Positions 35,802 to 44,892 of a stretch of 64,000 bases of DNA are shown piece after piece. The DNA comes from Parcubacteria group bacterium. GTDB taxonomy: Bacteria; Patescibacteriota; Minisyncoccia; Phycocordibacterales; 21-14-all-47-15. Location: positions 33,133 through 97,132 of the forward strand of contig JACOYO010000001.1 of NCBI GenBank assembly GCA_016181845.1, in the 5' to 3' direction. A program made the position numbers and the translations under genes. Position 1 is the stretch's first letter. Each line of letters opens with the position of its first letter. Below the pieces are notes generated by a model that searched no databases, was not told where the DNA came from, and saw only the letters and a list, made by a program, of their open reading frames with translations.

Positions 35802-37823
35802 TCACGCCTCATCGGTGTAAAGAATCTTTTTGAGCACGTCTTCAGGCACTTCCTTTTTTACCGCATGAACGAGGGATGATTTTTTTGTTTCTAACGAGGC
35901 GGTTGTTTTTGTAACCGAATCATCCGCTTTTTTTTCTGCGTCTGGTTCAGAGACTTTTTTTCCTTCTTTCTTTAGCGCATCAACATCTTTATGAAGCGCG
36001 GACGCAAGCGCTTCGCGCAGACCTTTCAGATTTTCCGGCGAGGCGCTTTTGTCAGACGGCGTCTTGTGCCCAAAACCATTTTTTAATGATGAAAGATGCA
36101 CAGGACGAATTGGCGCCACTTTTTTTTCTACCAATGAAGCTGGGGGTTGTTGTTCAAATTGTTTTTTTATTACAACCGAAGGAAGAGGATTTTTTGAAAT
36201 AGGTTGATGACGTTCAACCGGAGAGAATTTCATCGGTGGGTGTTTCATCGCTGTTGCCGCGCGAAATATGGGTGGTGAAATAGGACGCGGGGACACTGTC
36301 GTTTGTTTTGGAATTTCAATTTTTCGTCTTTCAAAAACAAGCGCCGGCTCTGGCTTGCGCGCTGAAATTTCATGGCGCTCTGTATGCGCTTTTTCACGCG
36401 CTACGACTTGTGGCAATGCTTGTTTTAATGAGGCGGCGCTTTGTTCCGGCTGTCGCGCCATTGTAGAGATAATGAAAGGGCGATAGGCACTTTCTTCGCT
36501 TTTTGGCGCCAACTTCTTGCTTGGAGCCGATTCCTCTGCCAAATGCCATTTTTCAATTTCTGCTTCCACCATCTCGCGCGGCCTGGCATATTGAGTGCGC
36601 GTATAGTCAATGATGCGTGTTTTATATGATACAGGCGGCCTTTCAATTGGAGGCAGTGTTTTTGCAGAAAAAGGATGCGAACCGACGCCGTCAATCATGA
36701 GCCGAAGATAAATCTGCGCGAAACCAAGTGACACGATATCTTCGCTCGTAAACACTTCACCGAATTCTTTTTCAAAAATTTCCGCGTCAAAAGAACCGAC
36801 GCGAAATACCGCCATGGTGCCGACGTTGCCGAATACCGCCGCGCGCACCTCCTCGGGCATCTGTTCCACGTACTGATGCGCGATGGTTAGGTTCAATTTG
36901 TATTTGCGCGCTTCCGACAAAATATCGGCAAATGACTCATTTGCAAATGATTGGAATTCATCTACATAAAAATAAAAATTCGGCAGGCGGGCGAGCTCAT
37001 GCTCAAGCAAATCTGCACGCGACATCGCCGAGAGATATATCTTCGTAATGAGCATACTGCCGATTAGACTCGCGTTCTGCTCCCCCATCCTTCCTTTTGA
37101 CAGGTTGACGATTAAAATTTTCTTGTCATCCAGAACTTTGCGCATATCAAAACTTGAATGCGGCTGGCCGATGATATTGCGAATCAGCGGATTGGAAATA
37201 AACTGTCCGACTTTGTTTTGAATCGCGGCGGTCGCTTCGGTAGCAAATTTATCGGAATACTTTGCAAACTCATCCACCCAAAACGCCTTTACTGACGGGT
37301 CGGTTACTTTTTCAACAACCTTCTTTCTATACGCCTTATCGGCAAACATTCGGTTCACCGACAAAAGCGTCGCGTCCGGATATTCAAGAAGCGCGAGCAG
37401 GGTGTTGTTCAATATATATTCCATGCGCGCAGACCACGCATCCACCCAGATTTTCTTAAACACCGACATGAGACCGTTGACAACCAAATGCCGTTTGTCT
37501 TTGCCGACGTCTTCCATGACGTTAAACGCAATCGGATAATCCAAATCAAACGGCGCAAAATAGACAACGTCTTGTATCCGCTCCTCCGGAATATATTCCA
37601 AAAGTTTTTCGGCAGTGCCTCCGTGCGGGTCAATAAAAGCAAGTCCTTCGCCGTTTTGAATATCTTGAATCGCCATGTTTTCAAGCATGGTACTTTTGCC
37701 CATGCCTGTTTTCCCGATAACATACAAATGCCGCGAGCGGTCGCTTGCTTTAATGCCGAATTTCACATGCTTATTGCGATAGTCGGTTTCGGCAAAATAG
37801 TTGATTGGATTTAGTTTATCCAT
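35802..37823 (-). CDS. TrwB/TraD/VirD4-family (type IV coupling protein-like) P-loop ATPase, soluble, with a ~250-aa Lys/Pro-rich disordered C-terminal tail
   Basis: HLYVIGKTGMGKST Walker A preceded by His (TrwB ATP-binding-domain pattern). YFYVDEFQSF Walker B. No N-terminal TM helices. No other T4SS genes nearby. Confidence 0.5.
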   Translation of the reverse strand: MDKLNPINYFAETDYRNKHVKFGIKASDRSRHLYVIGKTGMGKSTMLENMAIQDIQNGEGLAFIDPHGGTAEKLLEYIPEERIQDVVYFAPFDLDYPIAFNVMEDVGKDKRHLVVNGLMSVFKKIWVDAWSARMEYILNNTLLALLEYPDATLLSVNRMFADKAYRKKVVEKVTDPSVKAFWVDEFAKYSDKFATEATAAIQNKVGQFISNPLIRNIIGQPHSSFDMRKVLDDKKILIVNLSKGRMGEQNASLIGSMLITKIYLSAMSRADLLEHELARLPNFYFYVDEFQSFANESFADILSEARKYKLNLTIAHQYVEQMPEEVRAAVFGNVGTMAVFRVGSFDAEIFEKEFGEVFTSEDIVSLGFAQIYLRLMIDGVGSHPFSAKTLPPIERPPVSYKTRIIDYTRTQYARPREMVEAEIEKWHLAEESAPSKKLAPKSEESAYRPFIISTMARQPEQSAASLKQALPQVVAREKAHTERHEISARKPEPALVFERRKIEIPKQTTVSPRPISPPIFRAATAMKHPPMKFSPVERHQPISKNPLPSVVIKKQFEQQPPASLVEKKVAPIRPVHLSSLKNGFGHKTPSDKSASPENLKGLREALASALHKDVDALKKEGKKVSEPDAEKKADDSVTKTTASLETKKSSLVHAVKKEVPEDVLKKILYTDEA

Positions 37824-38025
37824 AAATGAAGTAAATGCGCTTTTATCCTTTTATAATTGTATAACATCTTTGTCGTAATGACCAGTATACGTTTGTAGGC
37901 GACAGAAACACAATTTTATGTCTTTTTCATAGAGCAACATTTATCCACTCGTGTACACTTGGCTATCATTTCTCGCGTGTTAGCATACAGAAAGATACTT
38001 GCCAATCTTTTCAATGGAGGCAACG

Positions 38026-38538
38026 ATGAAAACACTATGCCGATGTTTTTTGCTTGCAGCGGCGCTGGTGATGTTCACCGTTGCCGCGCCAAAAATAAAT
38101 GCCGAGGATGACGAGCTTGCTGTGCAAAAATGGATACAATGGGTCCAAGACGGCGGGAGATGGGACATCGCGCCAAATGGCGAATTGCTCATTCCGGTCT
38201 ATTATGACCCGATAAAAGAGATGTTCTACTTCACCATCCACACCATGCTTGATAACTATCCAATATCGGAAGGATACCGCCCCAAAGAAAGAACTTTCCC
38301 GGAGCCGTCAATACACCTTGAGTGGATAGCCGAAGACGGAAACGGGCACGCGTATGTCGCGGCGCTACAACCGCGAATAGCGGCGCAAGTGCGCACGACA
38401 TTGGAAAATATGCGGAGAAAAGGCGGCATCTTTTTTGCCGGCACTTGGGAGTACTGTAAAGATTTCGGGAAACCATTTGCCAACGACGAATGCGCCGAAG
38501 TTTTCAAGAAACGACTCCCATTTCTCTTTACTGATTAA
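38026..38538 (+). CDS. Small secreted hypothetical protein
   Basis: Start at MKTLCRCFLLAAALVMFTVAAPKINA (signal peptide), preceded by a GGAGG RBS at 38016-38020. The ORF track start at 37999 is less likely. Confidence 0.4.
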   Translation: MKTLCRCFLLAAALVMFTVAAPKINAEDDELAVQKWIQWVQDGGRWDIAPNGELLIPVYYDPIKEMFYFTIHTMLDNYPISEGYRPKERTFPEPSIHLEWIAEDGNGHAYVAALQPRIAAQVRTTLENMRRKGGIFFAGTWEYCKDFGKPFANDECAEVFKKRLPFLFTD

Positions 38539-38559
38539 GAATGGGCCCATATTTTAAAA

Positions 38560-38615
38560 ACCCGAGTTACTGCCCACAAAATGGAGCGACAACTCGGGTT
38601 TTCTCTATTTTTTTA
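38560..38615. terminator. Bidirectional rho-independent terminator
   Basis: AACCCGAGTT ... AACTCGGGTT 10-bp stem followed by TTCTCTATTTTTTT. T-run also present on the opposite strand. Lies between convergent genes. Confidence 0.55.
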
Positions 38616-39182
38616 TTAGGCTTGCTTTTTCCTTTCTAAAAAATGCTCTGTTAAACACATACCGATTGAAAGCCACAAAGCGCCGACAAGATAGCCGGCA
38701 ATAACATCGCTTACATAATGCACGCCCAAGTAAAGGCGGCTAAATCCTATCAACAAAACAATAAAGACCGCCGCAACAGACACAACGATTTTTTCTTTTC
38801 GCGTCCGGCACATTCGAAACAGTATATAAGCAAGAAATCCGTATAAGGCAACGGCAATGGTCGCGTGTCCGCTCGGAAACGAAAAGGAATTTTCAATGAC
38901 CTCCGCCATTTCAGGCCGCGGCCGCGCAATGATATTTTTTAACAGATAGGTGAAAACTTCAGCGCCGGCAACGCTTGTCAAGAAAGGAAAAATAAAGACA
39001 CGTTTGTGAAAAAACCACAACGCAATGGAAACGGCTACCAAAAAACCGCCTGCAACATACCACTCGCCCAACCACGTTACCGTTGAAAAAACCTGAAGCC
39101 ACGGCGATTCGCGTATTGTTGAAAAAAAATTGAACGCTTGTGTATCAAACGAAAGTATCACATTGCCGAATACGGTAATCAT
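38616..39182 (-). CDS. PAP2-family phosphatase (undecaprenyl-diphosphatase / phosphatidic acid phosphatase-like)
   Basis: K-x6-RP (KNIIARPRP), PSGH, SR-x5-H-x3-D (SRLYLGVHYVSD) motifs. Confidence 0.8.
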   Translation of the reverse strand: MITVFGNVILSFDTQAFNFFSTIRESPWLQVFSTVTWLGEWYVAGGFLVAVSIALWFFHKRVFIFPFLTSVAGAEVFTYLLKNIIARPRPEMAEVIENSFSFPSGHATIAVALYGFLAYILFRMCRTRKEKIVVSVAAVFIVLLIGFSRLYLGVHYVSDVIAGYLVGALWLSIGMCLTEHFLERKKQA

Positions 39183-39234
39183 TATCTCTATAGTATCGTA
39201 ATAGACCGATAAGAGCGAGCGGTTAATGTGTTTG

Positions 39235-39362
39235 AATTACGAAACTCGCCCTGAATCATAGTTTTTGAGAGACATTGCGGAGCCCACAGGCAAGCATAGC
39301 ATCCGCCCTGGGCGGAATGCGTGTCTTTCAAAAACCAACGATGAAGCAGAGAAATACAACCG
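39235..39362. repeat. MITE-like intergenic repeat element, copy E3
   Basis: GAATTACGAAACTCGCCCTGAATCATAGTTTTTGAGAGACATTGCGGAGCCCACAGG 5' module. GC-rich hairpin CATCCGCCC-tgg-GCGGAATG. 3' module ATGCGTGTCTTTCAAAAAC..ATGAAGCAGAG. The 94-aa ORF 39188-39472 is treated as spurious. Confidence 0.7.
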
Positions 39363-39365
39363 TTC

Positions 39366-40709
39366 TTAAGAAATAAACGTATACGCTTGTCCGCCTTTGC
39401 CGGCGCGTCCGGTGCGGCCGATGCGGTGGATATAATCTTCGCGCGTGTTCGGCTGGTCAAAATTGATGACATGGCTTACGTTTGGAATATCAAGCCCGCG
39501 AGCCGCCACATCCGTTGCGACCAAGATATTCACCTTGCCATCTCGAAATGCTCTGAGCGCGCGATCGCGCTGCGGCTGAGATTTATTGCCGTGAATCGCC
39601 TCCGCTTTGAAACCTTCTTTTGAGAGTGTGTCAGCCAATTTTTGCACACTCCGTTTCATTTCTCCAAAAATGAGCACCTTTTCAAAGGCACTATGCGCTA
39701 GCATTTCTTTTAACTTGGCAAATTTCTCTTCTTTTGAGTGCGCGCGAATGACGTCCTGCGCTATGTGCTCGCTTCGCACGTTTGACGTCACCGATACCGT
39801 AACCGGTTCATTCAATATTTTTTCAAGTATTTTTTTAATGTCCGGAGTAATGGTCGCGCTAAAGCAAAGCGACTGGCGATTTTTTGGAATCTTGCCGATT
39901 AAAAATTCAATATCTTTGATGAAACCCATATCAAGCATGCGGTCAAATTCGTCAAGCACGAGAATAGACACGGAATCAAGCGAAAGCGCTTTTCGGTTTA
40001 CTAAATCTTTGAGCCGGCCCGGTGTGCCGATGATGACATGCGGATGCCGAGTCAATTCTCTCATTTGCTTGCCGATAGGCATCCCGCCGACACAGAGCGC
40101 CGAGTAGACATGGAGACCGTGCGCAAATTTTGTGAGCTCGTCGTTGATTTGTCCGGCAAGTTCACGGGTTGGTGCCATGATGAGCGCCGTCTCCCCGCTC
40201 TTCCGCGCGTGCAATTTTTGAATAATGGGCAACGCGAAAGCCGCCGTCTTTCCACTGCCGGTATTGGCGAGCCCGATGACATCTTTTTGTTTAAGAATAT
40301 AATGGATTGCTTCGTCTTGAATACGCGTCGGCGTCGTGAAGCCGATGCGAGTGAGATTTCCTTCAAGGGTTTTGTTCAGCCCAAAATCGGCAAACAGATG
40401 TTTCGGTTTGTATTCGCCCATGGCAACATGCACCGGCGTTTTATTGATAAACGTATCGGGATGAATATATTTCCCTCTTGATTGCGGTCTGCCAAAATGA
40501 GCGCCTCCTCGGTGTGGACGTGGCGCATAGCGGCCGTGTCCGCCGTGTCCGTGCGAAGATGATTGCGGCTTCCCATGAAAATGAGAATCCTGGCGCGAAG
40601 ATGATTTGCCGCCATGAGGACTTCCGTGACTTCCGTGAGAAGAATGCGAGGAATGAGATGATGTGCGCGAAGAACGACGTCCCCCACGTTTAAATGAGTT
40701 ATGATACAT
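39366..40709 (-). CDS. DEAD-box ATP-dependent RNA helicase with an N-terminal His/Ser/Gly-rich low-complexity extension
   Basis: Q-motif region, ANTGSGKTAAF (motif I), DEFD (motif II; DEAD variant), SAT, HRIGRTGRAG (motif VI). Confidence 0.85.
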   Translation of the reverse strand: MYHNSFKRGGRRSSRTSSHSSHSSHGSHGSPHGGKSSSRQDSHFHGKPQSSSHGHGGHGRYAPRPHRGGAHFGRPQSRGKYIHPDTFINKTPVHVAMGEYKPKHLFADFGLNKTLEGNLTRIGFTTPTRIQDEAIHYILKQKDVIGLANTGSGKTAAFALPIIQKLHARKSGETALIMAPTRELAGQINDELTKFAHGLHVYSALCVGGMPIGKQMRELTRHPHVIIGTPGRLKDLVNRKALSLDSVSILVLDEFDRMLDMGFIKDIEFLIGKIPKNRQSLCFSATITPDIKKILEKILNEPVTVSVTSNVRSEHIAQDVIRAHSKEEKFAKLKEMLAHSAFEKVLIFGEMKRSVQKLADTLSKEGFKAEAIHGNKSQPQRDRALRAFRDGKVNILVATDVAARGLDIPNVSHVINFDQPNTREDYIHRIGRTGRAGKGGQAYTFIS

Positions 40710-40750
40710 GAAATATCGATGTTATTTTTAATTTCGCCAATGAACAGCGA

Positions 40751-40802
40751 AACTAAGAGCCTGTTCATAATCTAATACTAACTGCGTTTAGATTATGAAC
40801 AG
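40751..40802. repeat. Inverted-repeat unit AACTAAGAGCCTGTTCATAATCTAA-tact-AACTGCGTTTAGATTATGAACAG (hairpin), downstream of pit
   Basis: Same unit occurs twice in inverted orientation upstream of the phoU-like gene (42619-42644 and 42786-42812). Confidence 0.7.
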
Positions 40803-40961
40803 TTTCCAACAAGCCCGATATTCATCAATGATTATGTATGCTGTATAGCATTTTTCTATTATTTTGTCAAATCGCTCGGCCGTTATATATAAAAGAAAAG
40901 CCCTGCCATTGAAATACAATAGCAGAGCTTGGAAATAAAACTTTTTTATATTGCCAGCAAA

Positions 40962-41945
40962 CTACGAAAGAAACATCTCCGCGCGCATCAGCATGAAAGC
41001 AAAGAGCGCACACACGATGAAAGTGAATATCCACGCGGCAATGATATGTAGCGCGGTCCCCCAATGGACTCGCCCTATACCGCGGCTATACATCGCGCCC
41101 ATGAGAGACGAAAGTGTAGAGTGTGTCGTGGAAAGCGGGATCCCAAACGATGAGGCGAGAAGAATGACGAGCGACCCGGAAGTCTCCGTGGCGCACCCCT
41201 GCCATGATTCAATCCGCCCCATTTTTGAGCAGGTTTTGTGAATAATCTTCCTCCCGCCTAGAGCCGTCCCAAGCCCCATGATTCCTGCGCAAACATACGG
41301 CACCCACCATTCTATATGAAATTCAGAACTTGCGTGCCCAAGAACCATGGCAAGCGCTATGATACCGACAAACTTTTGTCCGTCATTCATGCCATGGTTG
41401 AATGCCATGAATCCGGCCGATAAAACTTGCGCGCGGTCAAAAAATCGCCGCATGGGTGTTACCGGTCTGTTTCCTGCAGTCGCTATAATTGTTTTGCAAA
41501 ACAAAAGCGAAAGAAAAAATCCGCCGATTGAGCAGAGAAACAACCCAAGCAGAACTTTAATCCAGCCAGTCCAAATCAACACTCCCATTCCTGCTTTTGC
41601 CACAGCGGCACCGCCGACGCTCGCGATAAGCGCGTGAGATTTGCTTATGGGGAAACCTTTTACAGCCCCCGCAAGAACTCCCCAGCACACGACCGAGAAT
41701 ATCGCGACTCCGAGCGTGGTCAAATCAATAAGCGCCGGATCTACGATTTCTTTTCCGACTGTTTTTGAAACTTTATCCCCAGCCAAGACACCGATGATAT
41801 TAAAAAATACCGCCATAGCAATGCCCATCGGCAGAGAAATGACACGCGTGCTCACCGATGTTGCGATAGCATTTGGCGCGTCAGTCCATCCGTTCACGAG
41901 CTCTGCGCACAGCGCAAGCACGATAACAACAGTTAAGAGTTCCAT
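40962..41945 (-). CDS. pit: Inorganic phosphate transporter, PiT family
   Basis: N-terminal LVNGWTDAPNAIATSV motif and a second GxNDGQK-type motif (NHGMNDGQKF); ~327 aa. Confidence 0.85.
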   Translation of the reverse strand: MELLTVVIVLALCAELVNGWTDAPNAIATSVSTRVISLPMGIAMAVFFNIIGVLAGDKVSKTVGKEIVDPALIDLTTLGVAIFSVVCWGVLAGAVKGFPISKSHALIASVGGAAVAKAGMGVLIWTGWIKVLLGLFLCSIGGFFLSLLFCKTIIATAGNRPVTPMRRFFDRAQVLSAGFMAFNHGMNDGQKFVGIIALAMVLGHASSEFHIEWWVPYVCAGIMGLGTALGGRKIIHKTCSKMGRIESWQGCATETSGSLVILLASSFGIPLSTTHSTLSSLMGAMYSRGIGRVHWGTALHIIAAWIFTFIVCALFAFMLMRAEMFLS

Positions 41946-41951
41946 GCTCGC

Positions 41952-42602
41952 TCACCGTCCTTCTTTGCGCACCACGCCGACGATAGTGACCGCGAGGTGA
42001 AAGCAGTGATTCGTCGTTTGTTCCAGTTTGGAAATGAGCTGCTCCCAGACATATCGCTCATTTTGAGCGATACCCAACACGAGAGCATCCTGCGACTTGA
42101 CCGCGCTACTGACATTGTCTGCCAATGTTTTGATACATCCCCATCGCAAGTCATCCGCTTCTCTTTCAAGTGCTTTGAGAATGCCGACAATCTCGCTTGC
42201 CCTCTGGGAAGAAAGCTTCGGGATTTGCGCCACCATCGCCTGAAGTTCGGATGTCATTTTTATGATAATCCACACAATCTGTACGCTGTGGGGAGTGAAT
42301 TGTTTTACGGAGTGACTCCGTATCCGGCGCACCACGCCTTCCATGCTGTCCAAAATATCATCCAGATTTTTGAACATGGCTTCAATGTCGCTTTTGTCCA
42401 ATTGGGTGATAAATGTTTTGGACAAGAGCTCATACCCCTGCCTCATACATTCATCGCCATCATGTTCACGGACAAGCACGCGGTCTTCTGCCGCTTGCGC
42501 TTTCTTTTCGTCACTGAAAACTGTATGCAAATGTGTTGCCGCATCAACGGCAAACTCAATTTGCTTTTCAAACAATTTTTGGAACTTATCATCCCTCGAC
42601 AT
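41952..42602 (-). CDS. PhoU-like DUF47-family Pit accessory/regulatory protein
   Basis: All-helical ~216-aa protein immediately upstream of pit in the same operon. Pattern typical of the DUF47 family. Confidence 0.6.
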   Translation of the reverse strand: MSRDDKFQKLFEKQIEFAVDAATHLHTVFSDEKKAQAAEDRVLVREHDGDECMRQGYELLSKTFITQLDKSDIEAMFKNLDDILDSMEGVVRRIRSHSVKQFTPHSVQIVWIIIKMTSELQAMVAQIPKLSSQRASEIVGILKALEREADDLRWGCIKTLADNVSSAVKSQDALVLGIAQNERYVWEQLISKLEQTTNHCFHLAVTIVGVVRKEGR

Positions 42603-42618
42603 TGCGCGCCTCCATTTA

Positions 42619-42812
42619 GAGCCTGTTCATAATCTAAACGCAGTCAGTATAAGACTAGACAATCGCTTGCCTGCCGAAATATTCAAAATTCTGCTGCAAA
42701 TTGCATATTTTTCGTCAGCGTATCTTGATATGCTTCCTCAAAATCCGCAATTTTCGCAACGAATTTTGAACATTCCGCCTAGGCATTAGATTATGAACAG
42801 GCTCTTAGTTTT
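42619..42812. repeat. Pair of perfect 19-bp inverted repeats (GAGCCTGTTCATAATCTAA ... TTAGATTATGAACAGGCTC) flanking 141 bp upstream of the phoU-pit operon
   Basis: Left arm 42619-42644 is extended by ACGCAGT. Right arm 42786-42812 is extended by TTAGTTTTTT. Same unit as at 40751-40802. Confidence 0.7.
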
Positions 42813-42935
42813 TTCAATTTTTCAAAGAATCGCCGCAAAAAAGCTTTACTAAAAGTAGCACGCGTAACCGTTTTTGTCAAAAAAAGTTTGGTATGCGAAA
42901 GCCGAATGATAAATTTTGCAAAGGAGGAATTCTTG

Positions 42936-42966
42936 TAAAAACCTTTCGATATATCGAAAGGTTTTA
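42936..42966. repeat. 28-bp perfect palindrome AAAACCTTTCGATATATCGAAAGGTTTT (copy B), intergenic
   Basis: Perfect dyad. Copies at 29334-29366 and 49363-49393 differ only by T to G at one position. Confidence 0.85.
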
Positions 42967-43002
42967 TGGGTAAAAAATTTGCTACGCGAAAGCAAAGTGA
43001 CT

Positions 43003-44672
43003 TTATAAAAACAGACGCGCGAGACGTAAATCATCAAATGAGTACTCGCCCTTGAGTTTGCGGTGCGCGGGAGTTAATTTCATGTCTTTTGTCGCGGCAA
43101 ATGCCTCTTTTATTTTTTTGAAATCGCGCGCATCCGGCCTGAATCTGATTAAATCGCAATCTGGAAAAAGTGCTTTTATTTTTTCCAAATGTGAAATAAT
43201 TGTCCCCGGCGTCATGCCGCGCTCCTTCGCGATTGCTTGCAAAGAAAGTCCTCGCGCCACATACTCACGTGTCTTTTCGTAAGTTGAGACGCGCTGTTTC
43301 GGCGATTCTTTTTCTTTTTTGTGTTTCTCTCTGTTTTTCGCGATTTCTTTTTTATTGAGCGTCCCTCCGCAGGCGATAATAAATTTTTCATGCATCGCTT
43401 CAAGCTCTTTTTCTGAAAATTGCCGGAGTGAGCGCTCCCATTTGGAAGAATCAGCGAGCAATCTTTTATCAAGTACCGCGACATCGGGATACACGGCAAG
43501 CGCCATGTCGTTCATGCCGCGAAGAAAAAGCCCCGAAAGCGAGCGGAGCCGCGAGAGCGCCACATATCCCTGCCCTGGCACAAACGCTTGCGAGAGATCA
43601 ATCTCCGCCGCGTCCATGCTCATCCCCTGACTCTTATGAATCGTTATCGCCCATGCGAGCCGAAGCGGTAATTGGCTCACGGACGCGAGCGTTTTTTCGT
43701 CTTCTTTGATTTCCCATTCCGCTGAAGAAACAGCAATGTCCCTCCCGTCAAACGTCCGCACGACTGGCTGCTCGTCGTCAAAATCTGTCACCGTACCAAG
43801 CGTGCCGTTATTGTATCCTCCTTCTATATTATTTTTTACAAACATAACGACCGCGTCTTTTTTTAATTTCAGCGTTTCCGGAGCCAAAATATTTTTTTTC
43901 AATGTTTCTACCAAATGCAGCTTTCCTTTCGAGCGCATCTCGTACGTTTTCTCCTCGCCCGAAAGTTTACCCAATTCAATTTCGTTTTCGGCATCAACAT
44001 CGGCGTTGTGCGTATAAAGCCGCGTCGGAAGCGCACCGCTCTTCCTCTCTTTATATCCTGAAGCCATGAGAATTTTTTTGGTGTGCGAAGACACGGCGCC
44101 ACCACGTATTTCATTCAAAAGATTTTCCAGCACCGCGTCTCCGTGCCGAAATTGTTCATCAAGATAACAGACGCGGATGTCCGACGCTTTCCACGCGTCT
44201 GATACATGAATAAACTCCACCGCCATATTGCCGCGCGTAATTGGCGGCAGCTGAAAAAAATCGCCAGCAAGCACAATCTGCATCCCACCAAATGGTTTGT
44301 CACTTCGCTTCATCTCTCGGCACACGCGCTCCACCGTATCAAACAAGCGCGGAGAAAGCATGGACACTTCATCAATAACCAATATTTTTGTCTTTTCAAA
44401 CCGCTTCCACAAATATTCTTTTTGCGCGAGCGCTTCCAACTCATATTGCGAGAGCGTATCTCGGACGCCAACGCCCGACCACGAATGGAGCGTCACCCCG
44501 CCCAAATGAGTCGCGGCAATGCCGGTGGATGCCGTTACCGCTATCGGTATGCCGCGCTCTTTGATATATGAAATATATTTGTTCAGGACGTGCGTCTTCC
44601 CGCTGCCGGCGGCACCGGTAAGGTAAACATTTTTCCCCGCTTTAAGCACCTCAAGCGCTTGCGTCTGTTTCA
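43003..44672 (-). CDS. PIF1/RecD-like superfamily-1 DNA helicase with a C-terminal helix-turn-helix domain
   Basis: Start taken at MKQTQALEVLKAGKNVYLTGAAGSGKTH (Walker A). The ORF track extends further upstream. C-terminal ~100 aa has an HTH-like segment LSLQAIAKERGMTPGTIISHLEK. Confidence 0.7.
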
Positions 44673-44768
44673 TAAAAAATATTGTAGCACAACATGGTTG
44701 CTTTAATCTCCAAAAAGACTTTCGGTTTATCACCTTGACATGGCAAGTGATTAGTATACACTTGTAAA

Positions 44769-44858
44769 TACAAATGGCCTTCGGGCTCGGTTCATCGCAA
44801 GATGAACCAGACAAGTTCAAAAACGCGATTATAGCATAGCTTTAATCGCGTTTTTGAT
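44769..44858 (+). ncRNA. Candidate small RNA (~90 nt) with UUCG- and GCAA-capped hairpins and an intrinsic terminator
   Basis: Putative promoter TTGACA (44735-40), N16, TACACT (44757-62). Hairpins GGCC-UUCG-GGCU (44776-87), GGUUCAUC-GCAA-GAUGAACC (44789-808) and AAAAACGCGAUUA ... UAAUCGCGUUUUU (44819-55), followed by a U-run. No ORF. Confidence 0.35.
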
Positions 44859-44892
44859 TTTTATGATAAATACAACCGAAAATCTATTTTTA

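Noticed and set aside
39188-39472. 94-aa minus-strand ORF overlapping repeat E3 and the 3' end of the DEAD-box helicase
   Set aside because: Overlaps a confident CDS in another frame plus a repeat element. Low-complexity translation. Spurious.
40757-40775. Pho-box identity of the CTGTTCATAATCTAA repeat
   Set aside because: Only the first heptamer resembles the CTGTCAT consensus. The second direct-repeat half is absent and the organism's PhoB/PhoP consensus is unknown. Left as a weak speculation inside the phoU-pit finding.
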